From contig JAODNA010000160.1 in assembly GCA_025465135.1 (NCBI GenBank), positions 1,495-65,494 of the forward strand: DNA of 64,000 nt, in the 5' to 3' direction. Source of the DNA: Frankiales bacterium (GTDB lineage Bacteria; Actinomycetota; Actinomycetes; Mycobacteriales; SCTD01). Under the pieces are notes generated by a model. That model was given only the letters and a program-made list of their open reading frames with translations. It had not been told where the DNA came from and made no database searches. Positions 27,524 through 36,302 of this stretch are shown piece by piece; positions within the stretch are counted from its first letter, which is position 1; every line of letters begins with the position of its first letter. A program made the translations under genes and the position numbers.

Positions 27524-28759
27524 GTGACGACGCCGGGTTGCCCAGTCCGCCGCCTCGAGCCGTTCTCCGCCGAGTTCACCGCTGACCCGTATCCGACCCT
27601 TGCACGGGTTCGCGAGGAAGGTCCGGTCGTCTACGACGACAGCCTCGACATGTTCGTCGTCAGTCGCTACGACGACATCGACAGCATCCTGATGGATCCC
27701 CAGACCTTCTCCTCCGGGAACGTCGTCCGGCCGGTCTGCCCTGTCGGTGAAGAGGCACGGGAGATCCTGGCGAACTTTCACCTGGATCCTGTCCTTGCCA
27801 ACAGCGATCCTCCCCGCCACCCGCGGATGCGCCGGGTCACCGCGAAGCGGCTGACGCCTCGGCGCATGCACATGCTCGAGAGCGAGATCCGGGCCCGTGC
27901 GGAGCAGCTCGTCGACGCGATGCTTGCGCTTCCGGTCGCCGACTTTGCCGCGGAGGTCGCCTTTCCGTTGCCGGCGTACACCGGGTTGGTCCTGCTCGGT
28001 TACCCGAGCGAGGACTTCGAGCAGCTCAAGGCGTGGAGCCGCAATCGGGTGCAGCTGAACTGGGGTCGTGCCGACCCGGCGCTGCAGGCCGAGATCGCCA
28101 GGAACCTGGTCGCTCATTGGGAGTACACGTCGCGCGTGGTGATGGACCGGTACGACAACCCGCAGGACGACCTCATCAGCGAAGTGGTGCAATCGCACCG
28201 GGAGGACCCTGAGGGGCTCACCCTCAACGAGGTCATCACGCTGATCTTCACGATCACCACCGCGGCGCACGAGTCGACGACCAACGCGATGCTCAATGCC
28301 CTGCGCGTGCTTCTGGAGCACCCCGATCAATATGCGCTCCTGGCGCGTGACCCGAGCCTGGTGCCCAACGCCGTCGAGGAGACCCTTCGTTACGTGGGCA
28401 GCGTCATCAGCTGGCGCCGGCAGACGACTGCCGCGACACAGGTTGCCGGCGTGGACATCCCCGCGGGATCGCAGGTGCTGATGCTCTTCGGCGCGGCGAA
28501 CCGCGACCCGGCGCACTTCGCCGAGCCCCAGCGGTTCGACGTGACCAGAGACAACGCCTCGCAGCACTTCACCTTCGGGCGCGGCACCCACTACTGCCTG
28601 GGCGCCGCCCTCGCCCGGATCCAGCTCCAGGTCGTGCTCGACCTGCTCGTGCGACGCGCACCGAGCCTGCAGCTTGCGCCGCAGGAGATCGAGTTCATGC
28701 CCAACCTGTCGCACCGCGGGCCGCTCCGGCTCCTGGTGCGGACGAGCGCCCCGGCATGA
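27524..28759 (+). CDS. Cytochrome P450
   Basis: ORF 27191-28759. An in-frame GTG at 27524 preceded by GAAGGGGAGG gives 411 aa. Motifs TAAHESTT (I-helix), EETLRY (ExxR) and FTFGRGTHYCLG (heme Cys loop). Confidence 0.9.
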   Translation: MTTPGCPVRRLEPFSAEFTADPYPTLARVREEGPVVYDDSLDMFVVSRYDDIDSILMDPQTFSSGNVVRPVCPVGEEAREILANFHLDPVLANSDPPRHPRMRRVTAKRLTPRRMHMLESEIRARAEQLVDAMLALPVADFAAEVAFPLPAYTGLVLLGYPSEDFEQLKAWSRNRVQLNWGRADPALQAEIARNLVAHWEYTSRVVMDRYDNPQDDLISEVVQSHREDPEGLTLNEVITLIFTITTAAHESTTNAMLNALRVLLEHPDQYALLARDPSLVPNAVEETLRYVGSVISWRRQTTAATQVAGVDIPAGSQVLMLFGAANRDPAHFAEPQRFDVTRDNASQHFTFGRGTHYCLGAALARIQLQVVLDLLVRRAPSLQLAPQEIEFMPNLSHRGPLRLLVRTSAPA

Positions 28760-28772
28760 CGGCCACAGCGAC

Positions 28773-29795
28773 ATGAAGGCGTACCGCCTGCTCGAGTGGG
28801 GGCGGCCGCCCGAGCTCACCGAGGTCCCTTCGCCCCGACCCGGACCCGGCGAGGTGCTGGTCAAGGTCGCCGCAGCCGGGCTCTGTCACACCGACCTCCA
28901 CTTCGGTGCGGCTCCCCCGGGCGCCTTTCCCTACCCGACGCCGTTCACCCTGGGCCACGAGGTTGCCGGCTGGGTGAGCGACATCGGGCCGGGGGCGGAG
29001 GCCATCGAGCTCGGGCTTCCTGTGGTGGCGCTGGCGCACTCCTGGTGCGGCAGCTGCAGGAACTGCGTTTCGGGGAACGAGAACTACTGTCCGCATCACG
29101 ACTCCGGGCTCGGCTTCGGTGAGGACGGCGGCCTGGCGGAGTGCGTCGTCGTCCCGCGCCACTCGCTCGTACCGCTGAACGACCTGGACCCCAGGGCCGC
29201 CGGCCAGCTGGCCTGTGCGGGGATCACGGCCTACCACGCTGTCAAGCGACTCGTCGGCAAGCTCGTGCCCGGGTCGACCTGCGTGGTGATCGGCCCCGGC
29301 GGCATCGGGGCGATGGCAGTGCAGTGCCTCAAGGCGATGACGACGGCGCGCATCGTGGTGGTCGACGTGTCGCCTGCGCGCCTTGCCTACGCGGTCGAGC
29401 TTGGCGCGGACCTCGCGCTGCTTGCCGACGACAGCCTCGACGGGGAGCTGGCAGCAGCCACATCCGGCTTGGGCGCCGAGGCGGTTCTCGACTTCGTGGG
29501 GACGCAGTCCACCGTCGACACAGCGCTGCGAGCGGCCGCTGCGCTCGGGTCCGTCGCGATCGTCGGCGGTGGGGGTGGCGTCGCGAAGGTCTCATGGGGG
29601 ACCGTGCCACGCGAGTGCGAGATCTACATCCCGCAGAACGGCACGCTCACCGACTTGCGTGAAGTCGTGGCGCTGGCGGAGAGCGGCCGGATTCGACTCG
29701 ACAGCGAGCTCTTCAGCTTCGACCAGCTGGAGACTGCCTACGACGCCCTGCGCAGCGGTGCCCTCCGGGGTAGGGCCATGGTGGTCATGCCATGA
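28773..29795 (+). CDS. Zinc-dependent NAD(P) alcohol dehydrogenase (MDR family)
   Basis: ORF 28674-29795. The ATG at 28773 gives MKAYRLLEWG.... Motifs GLCHTDLH, GHEVAG and GPGGIGAMA (dinucleotide fold). Confidence 0.85.
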   Translation: MKAYRLLEWGRPPELTEVPSPRPGPGEVLVKVAAAGLCHTDLHFGAAPPGAFPYPTPFTLGHEVAGWVSDIGPGAEAIELGLPVVALAHSWCGSCRNCVSGNENYCPHHDSGLGFGEDGGLAECVVVPRHSLVPLNDLDPRAAGQLACAGITAYHAVKRLVGKLVPGSTCVVIGPGGIGAMAVQCLKAMTTARIVVVDVSPARLAYAVELGADLALLADDSLDGELAAATSGLGAEAVLDFVGTQSTVDTALRAAAALGSVAIVGGGGGVAKVSWGTVPRECEIYIPQNGTLTDLREVVALAESGRIRLDSELFSFDQLETAYDALRSGALRGRAMVVMP

Positions 29796-29881
29796 CATAC
29801 ATGACTCACACAGTGCCGAAAGGCTCTGCTGGCTAGCGTCCAGTCGAAGCAGCCCGCTTCAGTCGTCATGAGGGGTCGCCC

Positions 29882-31510
29882 GTGTACACCACATCGACGG
29901 CGCGAACCGCCCCCGACAAGCCCGCGATCATCTTCGAGCCGGGCGGCACGGTCGTCACGTACGGGGAGCTCGACAGCCGGGCGAACCAGCTGGCGCACCT
30001 GTTCCGGAGCAGCGGTCTGCAGTCCGGCGACCACGTCGCGATCTACCTGGACAACCATCCGACGTTCCTGGAGTTCTGCAGCGCCGCGGAGCGGTCCGGG
30101 CTGTACTACACGTGCGTGAGCGCCCAGGCCAAGCTCGATGAGCTCGCCTACGTCGTCGACAACTGCGACGCGCGCCTCCTGGTCACCTCCGAGGCGCGGG
30201 CCGACGTCGTCCGCGCTGCGATCGAGGACGGTCGGATTCCCCACGTCGAGCGCATCTTGTTGGTCGACACGACCGTTGCCCCGACCGCGCCCTTCGAGTC
30301 GTACGCCGAGGCGATCGCAGCCGCCCCCACCACGCCGATCGCCGACGAGCAGAGCGGCACCTGGATGCTCTACTCGTCCGGCACGACCGGCCGACCCAAG
30401 GGGATCCTGCGGCCACTCCCCGCCCTCCGCCCGGATGAGCCCCAGCCGTTCCTCGACCTCATCAACAGCCAGATCTTCCAGATGGGCCCGGACCGGGTGT
30501 ACCTGTGCGCCTCTCCGACCTACCACGTCGCCCCGCTCAGCCAGTGCTCCGTCGCATTGCGCGCCGGCGCAACGATCGTGCTGATGCAGCGCTTCGACCC
30601 GATCCTGTACCTGGACTGCATCGAGCGCTACCGGGTGACCAACGCCGGACCGGTTCCGACCATGTTCGTGCGGTTGCTCAAGCTGCCGGACGAGATCCGA
30701 AACCGCTACGACGTCTCCTCGCTGAAGCGGGTCGTGCACCAGTCGGCGCCGTGCCCTGTCGAGGTCAAGCGCGCCATGATCGAGTGGTGGGGACCGGTGC
30801 TGCTGGACCTGTACGGCGCGTCCGAGTCACAGGGACTCGCTCTCATCACGTCGGAGGAGTGGCTGGAGCACCCAGGCAGCGTCGGACGGACGGTCTACGG
30901 CGTGCCGCACGTGCTGCGCGACGACGGCAGCGAATGCGGCGTCGGTGAAGCCGGCCTCATCTACTTCGAGGGGACACCCGCCTTCGAGTACTACAAGGAC
31001 CCCGGTCACATGGCCGACATCCTCGATCCGTCGGGCACCATGACAACCGCTGGTGACTTCGGCTACCTCGACGCCGACGGCTACCTCTACCTCACTGAGC
31101 GTCGCGCCAACGTGATCCTCCGAGGTGGCGTCAACATCTACCCGCGCGAGATCGAGGACGTGCTGATCGGGCACCCGAAGGTGTTCGACGTCGGTGTCTG
31201 CGGTGTGCCCCACGAGGAGTACGGCGAAGACCTGCTGGCCCTGGTCCAGCTGATGCCCGGCGTGCTGCCCACCGCGGATGTCTCCGCCGAGCTGGTCGCC
31301 TACTGCAATGACCGGCTCTCACGTCAGAAGTGCCCGAAGGTCATCGAGTTCGTGAGCGAGCTCCCGCGCCTGGCGAGCGGGAAGCTGTCGCGCAAGCTGC
31401 TCCGCGACGCCTATCGCGACAACGGGCAGCGCGACCCACTGTCCTCGAACAGGTGCGCGCCTCTCTCGGAGGGCGCGACGAGCGAAGACGACCTGACAAC
31501 GGTTGAGTAG
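29882..31510 (+). CDS. AMP-forming acyl-CoA synthetase/ligase
   Basis: 542-aa ORF with the AMP-binding motif YSSGTTGRPKG, plus GDFGYLDADGYLYLTERR and a C-terminal lysine region (SGKLSRKLLR). Confidence 0.9.
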   Translation: MYTTSTARTAPDKPAIIFEPGGTVVTYGELDSRANQLAHLFRSSGLQSGDHVAIYLDNHPTFLEFCSAAERSGLYYTCVSAQAKLDELAYVVDNCDARLLVTSEARADVVRAAIEDGRIPHVERILLVDTTVAPTAPFESYAEAIAAAPTTPIADEQSGTWMLYSSGTTGRPKGILRPLPALRPDEPQPFLDLINSQIFQMGPDRVYLCASPTYHVAPLSQCSVALRAGATIVLMQRFDPILYLDCIERYRVTNAGPVPTMFVRLLKLPDEIRNRYDVSSLKRVVHQSAPCPVEVKRAMIEWWGPVLLDLYGASESQGLALITSEEWLEHPGSVGRTVYGVPHVLRDDGSECGVGEAGLIYFEGTPAFEYYKDPGHMADILDPSGTMTTAGDFGYLDADGYLYLTERRANVILRGGVNIYPREIEDVLIGHPKVFDVGVCGVPHEEYGEDLLALVQLMPGVLPTADVSAELVAYCNDRLSRQKCPKVIEFVSELPRLASGKLSRKLLRDAYRDNGQRDPLSSNRCAPLSEGATSEDDLTTVE

Positions 31511-32545
31511 ATGCTCGTCATGGCGGCCAGCCCGACCGCCAGGTCCGTGGAGTTCTTCGACGCGCACGGTCACGGGCGTGTCGACGGCATCACGGGTCTG
31601 ATCGCCCAGCCGCACGAGATCGGCTGGGACCCGGTGGCCCGGATGGCCTACCTGACACACACCTATCGCGACGGCGCCTACGGCGGACCGCACCCCAAGG
31701 GCCATGAGATCAGCGTGATCGACGTCGACCGCAGAAAGCTCGTGCGCGTCATCGACACCGCGCCGTACTACGCCCCCCACGACATCGCCGTGAACAGCTC
31801 AGGCACCGTCTTTGCCGGCATCGAGATGGTCGGTGGTGTCAACGGCCTGCTCGCCATCGACCCTGTCGCCGGGCAGGTGGTCGACGTACTTCCGCTCGGG
31901 GCGCCGGATGCGCACTGGATCGCCCTGGCAGACGACCCCGCCAAGCTCTACGTGACGCACAAGGACGCGCCCCACCTGTCGATCGTGGACACGTCGGCCT
32001 TCACGCTGGCCGGCACCCTCGACCTGCCGGGCGGTGCTGAGGAGGTCGACGTCTCGCCGGATGGCCGGTGGGTCTTCGTCGTCACCCCACGGTTCGAACG
32101 ATCGCCGGAGCGTCGCGGTCCGTCCCGGCTGGTCAAGATCGACACTTCCACCGACCGGATCGTCGACAGCCTCGAGTTTGCCCACTACAACGTCGGCGTC
32201 CACGTGGCGGCCGACCTCACCGTGCTCGTCACGTCCACCGAGGTCGTCGCCAAGTCGGTGGCGAGCTCGGACGAAGCCAGCCGGACCCGCCCCGGCGGGA
32301 TCCTCTCGATCGTCGACGGCAACACGATGCGGCTCAGGGCGCGGCTCCCGGTCGGTGCGCAGCCGCTGACAGTGCGCACGTCGCCGGACAGCGGGACGGC
32401 ATGGGTGGCCAGCCTCGGCACGGGCAACGTGACGGTCATCGACCTCGGGCGCCTGGCACCGGTTGCGGAGCTCGAGTGCGCTCGTGATGCGGGCGTCCGG
32501 TCGGCACACGGCCTCTGCGTCGTCACACCTGTCGCTTCGCCATGA
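31511..32545 (+). CDS. Cytoplasmic beta-propeller protein (YVTN/lactonase-like repeats), function unknown
   Basis: 344-aa ORF starting at the ATG directly after the ligase TAG. Recurrent strand-like segments (LYVTHKDAPHLSIVDTS, WVFVVTPRF, GILSIVDGNT, GNVTVIDLG) are typical of 7-bladed propellers. No signal peptide is visible. Confidence 0.5.
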   Translation: MLVMAASPTARSVEFFDAHGHGRVDGITGLIAQPHEIGWDPVARMAYLTHTYRDGAYGGPHPKGHEISVIDVDRRKLVRVIDTAPYYAPHDIAVNSSGTVFAGIEMVGGVNGLLAIDPVAGQVVDVLPLGAPDAHWIALADDPAKLYVTHKDAPHLSIVDTSAFTLAGTLDLPGGAEEVDVSPDGRWVFVVTPRFERSPERRGPSRLVKIDTSTDRIVDSLEFAHYNVGVHVAADLTVLVTSTEVVAKSVASSDEASRTRPGGILSIVDGNTMRLRARLPVGAQPLTVRTSPDSGTAWVASLGTGNVTVIDLGRLAPVAELECARDAGVRSAHGLCVVTPVASP

Positions 32546-33704
32546 TCTTCAACGTGCGGGCCGGCAGGATCCGCCCGACGGCGTCGCCGAACTCCACACG
32601 GCCGCCGCCCGCGGCCGGTGCAGACGCGCTGACGCGCACCTCGTCCCCGTCCTCCAGGTAGCCGCGCTGCGTGCCGTCGGCAAGGGTGAGCGGCTGCGTG
32701 CCGTTGAGGCTGAGCTCGAGCAGCGATCCCTGACTCGCGACATCGAAGCTCGACACCGTGCCGGAGGCACACAGGTCACCGGTGCGCAGCGTTGCACCAT
32801 TGACCGTCAGATGTGCCATCTGCTGCGCAGCGGACCAGTACTGCGTCACGAACCGCGGCCGCGACACGACCTGACCGTTGATGACGAGCTCGAGCTCGAT
32901 GTCGTAGCCGCGCGGCTGGGGGTGGTCGAGGTAGGGCAGCGGCGCCGGCTCCTGCGGTGGCCCATCGGCCGCGGCCGCGACGAGAGCGGCGTACGGGACG
33001 ACCCACGGGCTGATCGTGGTGGCGAACGACTTGCCGAGGAAGGGGCCGAGCGGCTCGTACTCGAACGCCTGGATGTCCCTGGCGCTCCAGTCGAGGAGGA
33101 TCAGCATGCCGAAGACGTGCTTGGCGAAGTCCTCCACCGGAACCGGCTCGCCGAGCCGCGAGGGAACGCCGACCACGAAGGCCATCTCCACCTCGACGTC
33201 GAGGCGACCCGTCGGAGCGAGCTCCGGCCGACCCGTGGTCGGCACCTGACCCCGTGGACGCACGACATCGGTGCCCGACAGGACGACGGTCCCGGAGCGG
33301 CCGTGGTAGGCAACAGGCAGCTCACGCCAGTTCTTCTTCAGGGGCTCCTGCCCGGGCCGCAGGATGCGGCCGGCATTCGTCGCGTGCTCGAGACCGGAGT
33401 AGAAGTCGACGTAGTCGGCGACCTCGATCGGCATGTGCAGGGCGACGTCCGCCACGGGGTGCATCGACGACGCGGCGGTCGACTCGTCGGCGAGCACCGC
33501 ACCGACCTGTTGGGCCGTCCGCTCCCAGATCGCGGGGCCGGCGGCGAGGAAGGGGTTCAGGCTCGGCCTGGCGAACAGCGGGTCCATCAGCGCGACGGAG
33601 AGGTCGAGCACCCTGTCGCCGACGGCGACGCCGACGCGCGGGTCGCCACCGCCGACCGAGAAGACGCCGTACGGCAGGTGCCTTGCCGCGCTGTCGGGGC
33701 TCAC
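32523..33704 (-). CDS. fahA: Fumarylacetoacetase
   Basis: ORF 32523-33803. An in-frame GTG at 33704 overlaps the hmgA stop (GTGA). It has the N-terminal LPYGVFS motif and a FAH-fold C-terminal domain pattern. Immediately downstream of hmgA. Confidence 0.85.
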   Translation of the reverse strand: MSPDSAARHLPYGVFSVGGGDPRVGVAVGDRVLDLSVALMDPLFARPSLNPFLAAGPAIWERTAQQVGAVLADESTAASSMHPVADVALHMPIEVADYVDFYSGLEHATNAGRILRPGQEPLKKNWRELPVAYHGRSGTVVLSGTDVVRPRGQVPTTGRPELAPTGRLDVEVEMAFVVGVPSRLGEPVPVEDFAKHVFGMLILLDWSARDIQAFEYEPLGPFLGKSFATTISPWVVPYAALVAAAADGPPQEPAPLPYLDHPQPRGYDIELELVINGQVVSRPRFVTQYWSAAQQMAHLTVNGATLRTGDLCASGTVSSFDVASQGSLLELSLNGTQPLTLADGTQRGYLEDGDEVRVSASAPAAGGGRVEFGDAVGRILPARTLKIMAKRQV

Positions 33705-34996
33705 GAGGCGTCGAAGCCGCGGACGAGCCCGTTCCACACCGAGTCGTAGTCGCCTTGCAGGAGCTCGGTCGACAGGGCCTGCGCCGTCGGGATGATCGGC
33801 CACCGCGTCTCGAACATCACCGCGAGGGTGTTGTCCAGCTTCTCGGGGACGAGGTCGGCGGCGCTGGCCTTGTCATAGGTGGCGGCATCCGGGCCGTGGG
33901 CCGTGAAGGAGTTGTGCAGGCTGGCACCGCCCGGCAGGAAGCCCTCCGCCTTCGCGTCGTACACGCCTTCGACGAGGCCGAGGAACTCGCTCATGACGTT
34001 GCGGTGGTACCACGGCGGGCGGAACGTCCCTTCGGCCACCAGCCACCGCGGCTTGAAGGCGACGAAGTCGACGTTGGCCAAGCCGGGTGTGTCCGTCCCC
34101 GAGGTGAGCACCGTGTAGATCGACGGGTCCGGGTGGTCGAAGCTGATGGTGCCGATGGCCATGAACGTCGCGAGGTCGTACTTGTAGGGCACGTAGTTGC
34201 CGTGCCAGCCCACGACGTCGAGCGGCGAGTGGTCGTAGGTCGAGGCCCAGAGGTTGCCACCGAACTTCTGCACCAGCTCGAAGGTTCCCTGCCGGTCCTC
34301 GTAGCTGGCGACCGGTACGGCGAAGTCGCGCTCGTTCGCGAGCCCGTTCGCGCCGATGGGCCCGCGCTCGGGCAGGGTGAACGCGCTTCCGTAGTTCTCA
34401 CCGACGTATCCGAGGCAGACGTCGTCGAGAAGCTCGACGCGGAAGCGCAGCCCGCGTGGGACCACCGCGATCTCCCCGGGACCGACGATCAGCCGGCCGA
34501 GCTCGGTGTGCACGAGAAGCCGCCCCTGCCACGGCACCATCATCATCTCGCCGTCGGCGTTCACGAAGAACCGGTCGTCCATCGACCGGTTCGCGCGGTA
34601 CCAGTGGATGCCCAAGCCGGACCGGGTGCGGCAGTCACCACTGACCCCGAGCGTGAACAGCCCGTCGATGAAGTCGAGAGGCTCCGTGGGCGCGGTGGCA
34701 GGGTTCCACCGGAGGCGGTTCGGCGTGAGGTTCTCCGGATCGCCGGGCGCGCTCAGCAGCGTCCCGGTTCCGATGCGCTGGTAGGGCGCGTGTGCCGCGG
34801 ACGGAAGGATCCGGTAGACCCAGGTACGCAGGTTCGCGGCCCGCGGCTGGGTGAAAGCCGTGCCGCTGATCTGCTCGGCGAACAGGCCGTGCGGCGCGCG
34901 CTGCGGTGAGTTCTGCCCGACCGGCAAGGTGCCTGGCCGCGCCTCGCTGTGATGGTGGTTTCCGAAGCCCGACAGGTAGCTGAGGTCCTCGGTCAT
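33701..34996 (-). CDS. hmgA: Homogentisate 1,2-dioxygenase
   Basis: ORF 33701-35038. The ATG at 34996 ([15 protein letters not shown]...) overlaps the P450 stop (ATGA). Characteristic motifs [23 protein letters not shown] and [13 protein letters not shown]. Confidence 0.92.
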   Translation of the reverse strand: MTEDLSYLSGFGNHHHSEARPGTLPVGQNSPQRAPHGLFAEQISGTAFTQPRAANLRTWVYRILPSAAHAPYQRIGTGTLLSAPGDPENLTPNRLRWNPATAPTEPLDFIDGLFTLGVSGDCRTRSGLGIHWYRANRSMDDRFFVNADGEMMMVPWQGRLLVHTELGRLIVGPGEIAVVPRGLRFRVELLDDVCLGYVGENYGSAFTLPERGPIGANGLANERDFAVPVASYEDRQGTFELVQKFGGNLWASTYDHSPLDVVGWHGNYVPYKYDLATFMAIGTISFDHPDPSIYTVLTSGTDTPGLANVDFVAFKPRWLVAEGTFRPPWYHRNVMSEFLGLVEGVYDAKAEGFLPGGASLHNSFTAHGPDAATYDKASAADLVPEKLDNTLAVMFETRWPIIPTAQALSTELLQGDYDSVWNGLVRGFDAS

Positions 34997-36246
34997 GCGA
35001 CAGCCCCTTCGCGGCGGCACGCCGACAGGTCGAGCCACAGCTCCTTGGGCGACCGCGTCGCGGCGTTGGGCTCATAGGGGAACGACTGCCCGGGCAGCAG
35101 GGCGACCTCTGGCGCGGCCGCCGTGAGGAGTCGCAGCACGACCTCCCCCTGCATGCGTGCCAGCGGCGCACCGAGGCAGAAGTGGATGCCCTTGCCGAAG
35201 GAGAGGTGCCGGCGGGCTCTCTCACGCCGCACGTCGAACGTGTCGGCCTCGCTGAACTCCTCATCGTCGCGGTTGGCCTCGCCCAGCACGATCAGCAGCT
35301 CGGCTCCGGCCGGCAGGTCCACCCCTCCGACGGTGACCGGCTTGGTCGTGATCCGTGACCAGGCGAACTGGCTCGCGTCGTAGCGCAGTGCCTCCTCGAC
35401 CGCATTCGGGATGAGCGAGGGGTCAGCGCAGATGTCCTGCCACTGCTGTGGCCTTTCGAGCAGCCGGCGCACCGCGTGCACCAGCAGCGCCGTCGTGGTC
35501 TCGTGGGCACCGGCGCTCAGCAGGAACACGATGTTGGCGATGTCGACGAGCGAGAGGGACTCGGGCTCGGTGCGGTGGATCTCCAGCAGCTCGCTGATCG
35601 CGTCATCGCGCGGACTTGCCTTGCGCTGCTCGATCACGCCCTCGATGTAGTCCGAGAACGCCAGGATGTTCCCCGCGATCTCCAGCTGCTGCTCCGCGGT
35701 CGGGCTCCCCCACGTCATGATCTGCCGGTTGGTCACCCACTCCTTGATCCTGTTGGTGTCCTCCGTCGGGAACCCGAGCAGCTCGAACGCCGTGATCGCG
35801 GGAAGCGGAAACGCGAGCTCGGCGTACCAGTCGGCGGTCGGCTTGGTGAGCATCTGCTCGATCATCTCGGCTGCCCGCTGCTCCACGACGCCGCGCAGCG
35901 TCCGGAGCCGGCGCAGCGACAGCACCGCCTGCACGTGCTTGCGCATCTCGCTGTGCCGCTCGCCGTCGGCGTTGCTCAGCGTGGGCAGCCGCGGGAACGC
36001 CTTGGCCAGCACCGCCTGCGCGTCGGCCGACAGTGGGCACAGCGGCTTCACCGTGATCGCGGACGAGAAGTCACTCGGGTTCATGAGGATCTGCTCGACA
36101 TCGGAGAACCGCGTCACGACGTAGCGCTGCAAGGTCGACGAGAAGAAGACGCGTCCGTCGCCGCGCGTGGCCCGCAGGACCGGATGCGGGTCGGTGAGGT
36201 AGTCCGGCGAGAACGGGTCGAAGGTCTCGCTGACCGGGCAGGACAT
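34993..36246 (-). CDS. Cytochrome P450 (paralog of the P450 domain at 49105-50334)
   Basis: 417-aa ORF. Motifs SAGAHETTT (I-helix), EEALRY (ExxR) and [17 protein letters not shown] (heme loop). It aligns by eye along its whole length with the P450 at 49105. Confidence 0.9.
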   Translation of the reverse strand: MSCPVSETFDPFSPDYLTDPHPVLRATRGDGRVFFSSTLQRYVVTRFSDVEQILMNPSDFSSAITVKPLCPLSADAQAVLAKAFPRLPTLSNADGERHSEMRKHVQAVLSLRRLRTLRGVVEQRAAEMIEQMLTKPTADWYAELAFPLPAITAFELLGFPTEDTNRIKEWVTNRQIMTWGSPTAEQQLEIAGNILAFSDYIEGVIEQRKASPRDDAISELLEIHRTEPESLSLVDIANIVFLLSAGAHETTTALLVHAVRRLLERPQQWQDICADPSLIPNAVEEALRYDASQFAWSRITTKPVTVGGVDLPAGAELLIVLGEANRDDEEFSEADTFDVRRERARRHLSFGKGIHFCLGAPLARMQGEVVLRLLTAAAPEVALLPGQSFPYEPNAATRSPKELWLDLSACRREGAVA

Positions 36247-36280
36247 GGGCGAAGTCTCTTCGTGGGTGTCTTTCAGGCGG

Positions 36281-36290
36281 CTTTCGAAAG
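36281..36290. promoter_or_regulatory. Perfect 10-nt palindrome CTTTCGAAAG between the regulator stop and the P450-hmgA-fahA start (candidate operator)
   Basis: Read directly from the 56-nt gap 36247-36302. Related GCTTCG/CTTTC repeats flank it. The role is inferred from position only. Confidence 0.25.
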
Positions 36291-36302
36291 GCTTCGCGTG
36301 CT

